64,000 nt of DNA, taken from assembly GCA_000092065.1 (NCBI GenBank), contig CP000586.1. One strand, given 5' to 3'. Below are positions 30,320 to 38,599 of the stretch, piece after piece (within the stretch, counting starts at the first letter, position 1; each line of letters begins with the position of its first letter). The position numbers and the translations under genes are program-made. The notes under the pieces are model-generated. The model made no database searches. It was not told the DNA's origin and saw only the letters and a list, made by a program, of their open reading frames with translations. This DNA comes from Ostreococcus lucimarinus (taxonomy: Eukaryota).

Positions 30320-31135
30320 ATGTCGATCGTCTCGTCGCCGACGCGCGCGGTGGCGCCGCGCGCGCGTCGCACGAACGCGCGCGCGTCGCCCAGACGCGCC
30401 GTCGTCGTCGACGCGCGGCGCGGGCGAAAGAAGACCTCGCGCGAGCTCGACCGCGCGGACGCCGTCGACGACGACGCGATGACGACGGACGACGCGCCCG
30501 CGCTCGCGCGCGTCGGTCGAGACGACGTCCTTCGATCGTGCGCGACGACGTCGATCGGGATGCTGGTCGTCGGCCTGGGCGCGCGCGCGGCGAGCGGGGC
30601 GTTCCCGACGCGAGCGACGCACGGGGACTGGAACGCGGCGCTGCCGCTGCTCGGGGACGACGCCGGCGCGACGGCGGTGGCGGCGCTGTGCGCGGCGGGC
30701 GCGGTGACGGTGGGCAGAATAGCGCTGCTGCAGGTGTGGGACGAGTTCGCGGCGAGCACGGACCGATCGAACGCGCAGGTTTTGGGGGCGCTGGACGGCG
30801 CCGGGGACGTCGCGCAAGTCGCCGTGCTCCCGGCGCTCGGGGAAGAGGTTTTATTTCGAGGCGCGCTGCTTCCCGCGGTCGGAGGGGTGCCGGGGGTGGT
30901 GGTGTCTTCTTTAGTGTTCGGTGCGCTTCACATCGGCGGCGGACGGAGCGCGGCGTTCGGGGTTTGGGCGAGCGCGGTGGGCGCGGTGTACGGCGTCGCG
31001 GCGTTGCACACGCACAGCGTCGCCGCGCCGGCGGCGGCGCACGCGCTGGCTAATATCGCGTCGGCGGTGTACTGGAACGCGACGCGCGCGGAAAAGGTAA
31101 TTGGAGAGAAGAAATGGGAAGGAGAAGATCAGTAG
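30320..31135 (+). CDS. CPBP-family intramembrane metalloprotease (CAAX protease / Abi-like), transit peptide, 271 aa
   Basis: ATG at 30320 confirmed. Arg-rich N-terminus, several hydrophobic helices, and the CPBP motifs EEVLFRGALL and FGALH. Confidence 0.75.
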   Translation: MSIVSSPTRAVAPRARRTNARASPRRAVVVDARRGRKKTSRELDRADAVDDDAMTTDDAPALARVGRDDVLRSCATTSIGMLVVGLGARAASGAFPTRATHGDWNAALPLLGDDAGATAVAALCAAGAVTVGRIALLQVWDEFAASTDRSNAQVLGALDGAGDVAQVAVLPALGEEVLFRGALLPAVGGVPGVVVSSLVFGALHIGGGRSAAFGVWASAVGAVYGVAALHTHSVAAPAAAHALANIASAVYWNATRAEKVIGEKKWEGEDQ

Positions 31136-31182
31136 CGGTGACGGTTTTGTAGTAAGAAGTTGTTGTTTCACAGGACGACGCG

Positions 31183-31923
31183 TCAATCAAAGTGCGGCCG
31201 GCGAGGCGCCGCGCCGGCGGCGTTCTCCCCACCACCTCTATTACCGTTTCGGTACATCGCGCGCGTCTCTTGAAGCACGTTGCGACAAATCATCATATCT
31301 GCGACGAATATCGCAAACATCCCCGCCATCACGGGCACGCACAGCGTCAAGAACAAGATGGCCACGTTGCTCAGTCTCAAATCGCCGTGAAGGTACGCGT
31401 ACGCCTTCTCCCCGATCGCGGGCACCGCGTACAGCAAGCGCAAACCCTTCGAGAACCACACCGCGTGGAAGAATCCGCGTGCTTTCGTCTTTCTATAATC
31501 TTTCCTCGCGAAACTCACGATCGCCGCGACGCTTCGATCGCCGCTCTCGTACTCGTACATTTTCCCATTCTTGAACAGCGCGATGGTCGGGTACGCCTTG
31601 GCGCCTATGCGTTTCAACAGCAACCTATTCTTCGGCCCATCGACGCGACCGACGAAGAGCTCACCCTCGAGTTCGCGCGCCACCTCCCCCCACACCGGTG
31701 CCAACGCGACGCAATGTTTACACCACTCCGCGTACACCTTGACGAGCACCGGCGTCCCTCGTCCCACGACTTCGTCAAAGTTCGTCTCGCTCAGATCCAC
31801 CACCTCACCGTCCGGGCCGTGTCGATCAAACCGCGCCTTCGCCACCGCCGTCGCGTCTCCGCTCGCGCGCGTCCCTCGCGCGCCGAACCCGAGCAGACAC
31901 CCCGCGCACGTCAGCGCCATCAT
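31183..31923 (-). CDS. Thioredoxin-domain single-pass membrane protein (TMX/PDI-like, WCKHC active site), 246 aa
   Basis: Signal-like start MMALTCAGCLLGFGA. Thioredoxin fold with VKVYAEWCKHCVALAP. Later hydrophobic helix VAILFLTLCVPVMAGMFAIFV. ATGs at 31923/31920 confirmed. An alternative upstream ATG at 32052 would add an Arg-rich leader containing TVTTVTTVT. Confidence 0.7.
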   Translation of the reverse strand: MMALTCAGCLLGFGARGTRASGDATAVAKARFDRHGPDGEVVDLSETNFDEVVGRGTPVLVKVYAEWCKHCVALAPVWGEVARELEGELFVGRVDGPKNRLLLKRIGAKAYPTIALFKNGKMYEYESGDRSVAAIVSFARKDYRKTKARGFFHAVWFSKGLRLLYAVPAIGEKAYAYLHGDLRLSNVAILFLTLCVPVMAGMFAIFVADMMICRNVLQETRAMYRNGNRGGGENAAGAAPRRPHFD

Positions 31924-32434
31924 CGTCACCGTCGTCACCGTCGTCACCGTCCTCGCTCGCCGCGCGCGGTGCCGCCCCCTCGCGCCATCGCTCGCGCGTC
32001 CGAGGCCGTCTCGACGTCCGTCGCGCCGCGCCCGCGTCGCGCGCGCCGTCATTCCGCGCCGTCGAACGCCTCGCGCGCGCGCGCGAGTGCCACCGCGCGC
32101 GCGAACGGTGGCGCGACGACGCGCGAACGACGACACACGGACCACACCCGACGCCGCGTCGCGGATCGGATAAGGGCAAAATGACTTTTTCGTCGCGCGC
32201 TTTGAAGCGCTCGCGAACGCCATCAAATCCACGGTCGATGCCTCGATACGCGTAGATACGCCGCACTTTTCCGACGTGGCGCGACGTCGATTTCGGCGCG
32301 AAAACCGAGCGCGCGGCGCCGGGGGGGGGTCGCGGCAGAGCGCGACGACGACGCGCGCGCGATCGATCGACGCGACGCGCCGAGGGTGATCGAACGAAAA
32401 ACGTAGACGCGCGGCGACGCGCTCGACCGCCGCG

Positions 32435-33777
32435 ATGCTGATGAAACCCGCGCCGACGGTGGGGAACGCACCGCGCGCGGGCGATGGTGCCGCGCGCGGG
32501 AATTCACCGGCGAACGCGCGACAGGAGCGGAAGAAGGGTGCGCGCGCGCGATGCGAAGCGAAAGCGCGCGAGGGGATTATGTCGCGGCGTTCGCGCGACG
32601 CGCGGGCGACGCGCGGGCGTCGCGCGCGCGTCGCGGGCGCGCGGGATACGGGATACGTCGGCGCGCGCCGCGTCGGCGCGCCGCGTTGACTTAGCTTTTT
32701 GGATTTTTTTGGTGAAATTGAGATATTTCGCGTATTCGGGGTGCATTCGGGGGAATCGCGCCAGGGTGGCACCGCCCCGGATCGCGCGCGGAGATATTTT
32801 ATCCTGGAGACCCGGAGCGAGACTGACGACGAACGCGCTCGCGATGTCTAGGCGTGGCGTGGACGGAGGAGGAACATAAAAACTTTTTGATTGGGTTGCA
32901 AAAGCTCGGGAAAGGAGATTGGCGCGGGATCTCGCGACATTTCGTGACGACGAGGACGCCGACGCAGGTGGCGTCGCACGCGCAAAAATACTTCATCAGA
33001 CAAACCAACGTGAGCAAGCGTAAGCGACGCTCGAGCTTGTTTGACATCATCTCCACGCCGACGGATGATGGAGAAGGGATGACGATCGTGCACAGACCGG
33101 CGGCGAATAATAACGGAGTGGCGAGCAAGGCGACGACTGGCTCCAGCAAGGCGTCGAACGGCGTGCACAGGACGCACGGCGGCGTGCACAAGATGTCGCA
33201 AGTGTCCAGTCGAGCGTCCGCTCAAACGAACGTGTCGGTGGATCACAGTGCACATTATCATCACAACGCGGCGAACGGTAGCGCTTTGACGGCTTCGTTA
33301 TCGAACTTGGCGGATATGGCGGCGCGCGAGGCGCACTACGTGGCGTCGATTCCGCAGCACCAGAGCACGAGCACGAGCACGAGTCAGGCGATTAAGATCG
33401 ATGAGGAATCTCACAGATCGTTCCCTATGATGACTGCTGCATATCCAGGTCACTTCGCTGCACCCATGGCGGCGACACAGGCGCCAGTGTTTGATGCGTA
33501 CAACCAAGCCATGGCGCAATACATGTTGCAGTTGCAGTCGCTCGCAGCGCAACAAGGGGACGGAATGAGTCACATCAACCAAATCAATCAGATGAATCAA
33601 ATGGCGTGGATGGCGCAGCAAAATTTGGCTTACCAAATGGCGGCGCAAAACTACGCCGCAACTCCACTCTCGCCGCAGCAAAACGCCAACTTTTGCCGTC
33701 CGACGGCAATTTACGCGGCCAAGTCTATTGATGACAACGTCGGCGAGCAGCGTAATGCGGCCAGCGGAGGGGCCTAG
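32435..33777 (+). CDS. MYB-related transcription factor, KUA1/MYBH/MYBS3 type (SHAQKYF class); join(32435..32537,32852..33777), 342 aa
   Basis: [65 protein letters not shown] is a near-exact match to the plant KUA1/MYBS3 signature. The track ORF starts at GTG 32854 with an in-frame stop at 32824 and no ATG. The only upstream AG (32850-51) is an acceptor. Exon 1 (ATG 32435, [34 protein letters not shown]) ends AAGG|GTGCGC at 32537 and splices to give ..[14 protein letters not shown]. This is the same context (RERKKG.PWTEEEH) seen in plant homologs. The C-terminal half is Q/M/A-rich. Confidence 0.7.
32538..32851 (+). other. Predicted 314-nt intron of the MYB gene
   Basis: GT at 32538, AG at 32850-51. 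It contains an AT-rich tract (cttagctttttggatttttttggtgaaattgagatatttc) that is unusual for this genome. Phase-1 splicing joins the exon 1 ORF to the MYB domain. Confidence 0.6.
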
Positions 33778-33876
33778 ACGCTCATCAAGAAACTCAACAA
33801 GACAAGCATTCGAATGGATGCCCAGTGTACAACAGGCTCGCAGAACACAACCAGCAGAATAAAATAATGTACTGTA

Positions 33877-33904
33877 CTTTCAGCTTTCAGCTTTCAGCTT
33901 TCAG
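33877..33904. repeat. (CTTTCAG)4 heptanucleotide repeat in the presumed 3' UTR of the MYB gene
   Basis: ctttcagctttcagctttcagctttcag lies 100 nt past the MYB stop, next to an AT-rich stretch (aataaaataatgtactgtac). Confidence 0.85.
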
Positions 33905-34176
33905 CAGTCGGGTGACTTTTTCCCTCCATCTTTATCACCACCGGAATTACACGCGAGGATAATTCCATCGGTTTGTTGTAAGCTTAACCGCACAACGCCC
34001 GACTCCTAAACCGTACTTTTAATAAACATGTGTATCAGGTTGACATGACTCTGTGTACTAAAGTACTTGACTCGACATCCGATGTCGTCGAGACGAGGCG
34101 CGCGCGCGCAGCAGAAGTACAGAACGCGGCGTGTCTTTGCCACCGATACGAACGATAATAGCACGTAACAGTAGGT

Positions 34177-34782
34177 ATGACTCCAACATCTCTCGACGTG
34201 CGGCTACTCGTTCGCGAGTTCAAGTCGTTGAAGCGACGCGAAGCCGACGACCTGATACGCAACCTCAAGATGGTGGGTGACGACGTAACCAAATGGACGT
34301 TTGAGCTGCATACGTTTGACACGACGTGTCCTGGTGGCAAAATGCTTATGAAGGACTTGGGAAGACTCCAGAAACGTGGTTTGGATCACATCCTCATGGA
34401 GGCGAACATGACTGCGCACGGTGGGTCTTGGCCAACCGACCCACCCCTCTTGCGCGTCGTGAAGCCTCGGATGAAGCTCTATACCGGCCACGTGACAGCG
34501 GGCGGCTCGATTTGCAGCGAAATGCTGGTAAATACTGGAGGTTCGAACGGTTGGAATCCTCGGTTGTCGATGGAAGCGATCATCGAGACAATCAAGCTGA
34601 ACATGGTGGATTGCGAAGTCGTCGAGATCGAAACTCCGTACAATGGCAGGCAGCGTGCGGGGCCGCTCCGAATAGATTTGAAGGGCGAGTATTCGTACGA
34701 CTGCATGAATGAATACTCTGAATTCGCTGCAATGGCTGCTTTTGATCGCGCAGTTGCGCACCATCGTCGTCATGGCTGGTAA
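34177..34782 (+). CDS. Ubiquitin-conjugating enzyme E2, UBE2Q-like, 201 aa
   Basis: ATG at 34177 confirmed. UBC fold with PPLLRVVKPRMKLYTGHVTAGGSICSEMLVNTGGSNGW. The active-site Cys sits in a GG.IC context as in UBE2Q. The C-terminus ends HHRRHGW like UBE2Q (HEKNGW). Confidence 0.75.
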   Translation: MTPTSLDVRLLVREFKSLKRREADDLIRNLKMVGDDVTKWTFELHTFDTTCPGGKMLMKDLGRLQKRGLDHILMEANMTAHGGSWPTDPPLLRVVKPRMKLYTGHVTAGGSICSEMLVNTGGSNGWNPRLSMEAIIETIKLNMVDCEVVEIETPYNGRQRAGPLRIDLKGEYSYDCMNEYSEFAAMAAFDRAVAHHRRHGW

Positions 34783-35534
34783 CGATTGATTTCACTCCAG
34801 GCATCATTGATCGCTTGAGACACTCCCCGCACGCGTTCTTGGACTTGATCCGCATCCTTGGGATCGAGATATTTTCCAAACTTTGCTGCAAATTTGTCTG
34901 GATGCCAACGCAGTGAAGCTTTCCTAAACGCCCTCTTGTACGCCGCCAGTGCGGTTGTTTTGGTATCATTCCACTGCTCCATCGCAGCCATCTGCGCGAG
35001 CATCGATTCCTCATCCGGAGGCCAAGGAATGTCGTGCGCGTGAATGAACATCGTCTCATCGCATCGATTAGTGAGTGTTTCAGCGATGCGCTTCTCCAAA
35101 GTCAACCAAGACGACTCATACTCTGACCACAGATGCAATAAGACGTACGCTTTGTCGTCGTCTCCGATTTGCGCGTCCAAAGCATCAGCCATCGCTGCAG
35201 CCGCACGCTCGGCGATTTCTTCCGCCTCGAGCTGACGAGAGCTATACGCGTTATCAATCGTGTCCATTTCGGTCAGGCGACGCTTGATCTCTTCCATCTC
35301 AGCTTCCATCGTCGCTCTCGCCTCGCGTTCTTCTCTCACCGAGCGCAAGCGACGCATCTGTTCCTCCGCTTCTCTTTGAATCCCTCGATTCCGAACGAAT
35401 CGCCCTCGAATCACCGCTCGCTCATTCGCCGCAAACTCGGCCGCTTTCGTTTCCTCATCATCCGTGTCACTTTCGCTCGACGACGACGAAGCGCGCGAGA
35501 GTCGACGACGAAGCGGATTGATGTACCGCCCCAT
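34770..35534 (-). CDS. Protein with a C-terminal J-domain, paralog of 24501..25142, 254 aa
   Basis: AAYKRAFRKASLRWHPDKFAAKFG...VQERVRGVSQAINDAWSEI gives J-domain helices II and III with an intact HPD. It is preceded by an IPWP motif and a charged coiled-coil-like N-terminus. The track start 35585 is GTG. The first ATG is at 35534. Confidence 0.6.
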   Translation of the reverse strand: MGRYINPLRRRLSRASSSSSESDTDDEETKAAEFAANERAVIRGRFVRNRGIQREAEEQMRRLRSVREEREARATMEAEMEEIKRRLTEMDTIDNAYSSRQLEAEEIAERAAAAMADALDAQIGDDDKAYVLLHLWSEYESSWLTLEKRIAETLTNRCDETMFIHAHDIPWPPDEESMLAQMAAMEQWNDTKTTALAAYKRAFRKASLRWHPDKFAAKFGKYLDPKDADQVQERVRGVSQAINDAWSEINRYQP

Positions 35535-35734
35535 GCGCTCCGACTCAACCGACCCCGCGCGCGTCCACGATCGGCGCGCGTTCACGAATGATTTTTTCCT
35601 GTCGTCTCGCTCGTCTTCACGCGCGCGCGCTCGACCGCGCGCGCGTCGCGGTGTGCGTTATTGACTTCTTTTCAATCCGTAACGCCTTCGAGCGGAAGCG
35701 TCGCTCGCGCGTCACTCTCGCGCTCGACGACGCG
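35535..35734. promoter_or_regulatory. Divergent promoter region between the J-domain gene (minus, ATG 35534) and EMC4 (plus, ATG 35735)
   Basis: A 200-bp spacer between head-to-head start codons. Inferred from gene arrangement only. Confidence 0.4.
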
Positions 35735-36325
35735 ATGAACGGCGCGTACGAGGTGCGCCCGAACGCGCGCGCCGCGCGCATCGATGGCGAACGCTTGCCC
35801 GATCCTCCCGGCTACGTCCCGCGCGCGCTCGGCGCGAGCGACGGCGCGAGCGATCACGCCGCGCGCGCATCCTCCTCCTCCCGCGCGGCGTCGAGCGCGC
35901 CGACGACGACGATGGACGGCGCGGCGGTCGAGCTCGAACGAAGCAAACTCAGAGTGCGACGCGCGTACGCGTTCGCGCAGTCCAGCGTGTCGTCGATCGC
36001 GATGATGACGTTCATGATGTGGATGAGCGGCAACTCGGTGCAAGTCTTTAGCATCATGGTCGTCTTCGGCGGCGTCGCGCAGACGACGCGAGCGATCCTG
36101 AGCTCGCGAGCGACGTTCGATAGATTCGTCGATGGTGATGCGAGCGTGGACGTCACGGTGCCGAGGTTGATGTTTTGCGCGGTGCAGCTCGTGGGATTGT
36201 GCCTGGCGTTGCGCAAGCTCAACGTCATGGGTCTGTTGCCCACGCACGCGAGCGACTGGGCGAGCGGGATGAAGCCTCCGAGAGCGTTGGAGCGCGCGTT
36301 CGGCGACGTCGAGCTCGACCTTTAA
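35735..36325 (+). CDS. EMC4: ER membrane protein complex subunit 4 (EMC4), 196 aa
   Basis: FMMWMSGNSVQVFSIMVV, then LALRKLNVMGLLPTHASDW matching EMC4 (MGLLPTHASDW). The upstream ATG at 35588 precedes an unrelated leader. ATG 35735 gives a protein of the expected size. Confidence 0.8.
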   Translation: MNGAYEVRPNARAARIDGERLPDPPGYVPRALGASDGASDHAARASSSSRAASSAPTTTMDGAAVELERSKLRVRRAYAFAQSSVSSIAMMTFMMWMSGNSVQVFSIMVVFGGVAQTTRAILSSRATFDRFVDGDASVDVTVPRLMFCAVQLVGLCLALRKLNVMGLLPTHASDWASGMKPPRALERAFGDVELDL

Positions 36326-36527
36326 CGTCAAATGTAATAGATATTGTACTAGTCTCTATCGATAGAGCATTCGCGCGCGCGTCGCGCGTTCTCAATCGTC
36401 CGTCGTCGTCGCGCTTTCAAAAGTCGTTCCACGACACGACCGCATTCCTCGACGCGTTCGTACGCGAATCACACGAACGGGCGTCGCGCCGCTCGAACGA
36501 ACGCGATCTATAGCGCGCGCGCGCGCG

Positions 36528-37049
36528 ATGTCCTCCCTCATCACCGCGCGTCTAGCGCAAGAGCGCAAAGATTGGCGCAAAGACCACCCGCACGGCTTCA
36601 TCGCGAAACCGTCGACGAAGAAGGATAAAAACGGTGACACCACCACCGATCTCACGGTGTGGAACTGCGCGATCCCTGGAAAGGCTGATACGCCCTGGGC
36701 GGGGGGATCGTACCCGCTGCGGTTGGAGTTTGGTAACGATTATCCGGCGAAGCCACCTCGAGTGGCGTTCCCAGCTGGATTCTTTCACCCAAACGTGTAC
36801 CCGACGGGTAAGGTGTGCCTGTCGATTTTGAACGAGGATAAGGGATGGAAACCGTCGGTGTCGATCAAACAAATCTTGATCGGGGTGCAGGACTTGCTAG
36901 ATTCGCCGAATATGAGCGATCCGGCGCAGCAAGAGGCGTACGATCAACTGCGAAGATCAAAGGCGACGTACCTGAAGAGAATCAAAGAGCAGGCGAAAAA
37001 GTTTGGAAGCGCATCTGGGGGGGCTGGGGATGAGATCATCGTGCTTTGA
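36528..37049 (+). CDS. UBC9: SUMO-conjugating enzyme UBC9 (SCE1), 173 aa
   Basis: ATG confirmed. ARLAQERKDWRKDHPHGF..WNCAIPGK..HPNVYPTGKVCLSIL..WKP..IKQILIGVQDLL is about 70% identical to human UBC9. Confidence 0.95.
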   Translation: MSSLITARLAQERKDWRKDHPHGFIAKPSTKKDKNGDTTTDLTVWNCAIPGKADTPWAGGSYPLRLEFGNDYPAKPPRVAFPAGFFHPNVYPTGKVCLSILNEDKGWKPSVSIKQILIGVQDLLDSPNMSDPAQQEAYDQLRRSKATYLKRIKEQAKKFGSASGGAGDEIIVL

Positions 37050-37234
37050 TGCCCGAAACGAGAGAGGACGCCGAACTCTAAAAGTGCACGCGTTTACGTG
37101 AGCGATAGCGCCGATTTGCGAGAGCGAGAGGCTAATCAATAGACATAGAAGCGCCACGTGGGCACGCGCGTCGTCACAACGTATCTTCCTAATTTCGTTC
37201 GTCCGTTCGTTCGTTAATTCGTGCGTTCATTGTA

Positions 37235-38419
37235 TCATTCGTTCGTCTCATCGTGTAGTCGTTTCAGAAACTGCATGATGTCCACGTACTGGGCAGTTTT
37301 AAAGGTCTCTTTGTGAGCCTCAAACAGCTGTAGAATCACGTGAAGACGAGCGCGATCGGCTTCTGGCGACCAACCTTTCTTTGAGCGCAGATACTGTCTC
37401 AAATCACGATATCGGCGCTCTAAGCCGATCGGGTCCTCGTATCGACGATCAGCCATCGCATCACTATGCTCCCAGGCATCGCGCAAACTCGTCAGGAGAT
37501 CATCGATATCGTAAACCAGAGCCGCCTCATCTATGAGGTATTTTGTCATTGGGATGTCAAGATTTTCGCAAGCTTGAGAGACAAAGTACGGTTGTAACAC
37601 GAGACCCATTTCATCGCGAAAGATCTTCAGTAAAGTGACGTTCGATCGAAGAACCGCGCACTCCATATGCGACGCGTCTGGCTGCACACCACCTTCGTTC
37701 TTCAACCAGCGAAGCAAATCAGCGCTTCGCGATTCGCGATCCGCCGATCCCCAAGAGTTGATAATAGTGTTCACATTCCTTAGCTCAGGCTTCGCGCCTT
37801 GATCTTTCAAAACCTTCAAGAAATCTATCACAGAGTGCTTGTGATATGATCCGTTCGAGATGATGTCGTTGAAAAAGTCGTTGAGAATGAAAGGTGAAGA
37901 TTCTGGAAATGATTTCGCTGCACATTCCTCAAAAATGCATCGGAACGTTTCCAGCCGATTTAAGCGCACCGCCACTCGCATCGCTTGTTTTCCATCGTAC
38001 GACACCGCGTGCTCGCGCATAAACTTCAGCAAATCTCGAAGCTTTTCCGCGTCGCTCTCATCTTCAAACAATCTAGATAGCAACGATTCATAAAAGTTGC
38101 GCTGCCAGTGCGTGTTTACCGATACACAGTGTCCGCATTTGACTCTTACGGCGTCGTAGAGGCACTTGCACGAGGGCAGCGGCGGTGGCGGCGCGGTGGT
38201 GTTCGTCGCGACTTCCTGTGCCGTACACGTCGTCGCGTTCGCCTTCGACGCGCTCTCCTCCGTCGTCGCTCGCACGCATCGGCTCTCGACAGCTTTCGCT
38301 TTCGGTGCCGGTGCCGGCTTCTTGGAACTGCTCGTCTTCGCTTTTTTACGCGACGCCGTCGTCTTCGCGCCGGCGGCGCCACCGGCGCGTCGCCATCGTC
38401 GAACCGGTGGCGTCGCCAT
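37235..38419 (-). CDS. Unknown-family protein A: Lys/Ala-rich basic N-terminus, Cys motif (CKCLYDAVRVKCGHC), then a helical domain, 394 aa
   Basis: ATG at 38419 confirmed. A clean ORF of ordinary composition. It is paralogous to the gene immediately upstream (38600..40282). Confidence 0.6.
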   Translation of the reverse strand: MATPPVRRWRRAGGAAGAKTTASRKKAKTSSSKKPAPAPKAKAVESRCVRATTEESASKANATTCTAQEVATNTTAPPPPLPSCKCLYDAVRVKCGHCVSVNTHWQRNFYESLLSRLFEDESDAEKLRDLLKFMREHAVSYDGKQAMRVAVRLNRLETFRCIFEECAAKSFPESSPFILNDFFNDIISNGSYHKHSVIDFLKVLKDQGAKPELRNVNTIINSWGSADRESRSADLLRWLKNEGGVQPDASHMECAVLRSNVTLLKIFRDEMGLVLQPYFVSQACENLDIPMTKYLIDEAALVYDIDDLLTSLRDAWEHSDAMADRRYEDPIGLERRYRDLRQYLRSKKGWSPEADRARLHVILQLFEAHKETFKTAQYVDIMQFLKRLHDETNE

Positions 38420-38599
38420 CGTCGTCGCGCCGAACGTGAGTTTCCTTCGTATGAAGCGAAGAATGGTGAGTTCGAGCGCGCGCGAGCGCGCGTGACGCGT
38501 CGATGTGTGGAGTGCGGCGCGTCGTGCGTGATTTACAAGGCGTGATTCACAGGCAAACAGGCTGTTCGCCGCGGACAGGCTGTTCCGCTGTAGCCGCGG

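Noticed and set aside
32844-32879. ATG at 32844 ([11 protein letters not shown]) as the MYB start via frameshift or as a short upstream ORF
   Set aside because: It is out of frame with the MYB domain and terminates after 11 codons. The AG at 32850-51 inside it is better explained as the intron acceptor joining exon 1 (32435..32537) to the MYB exon.
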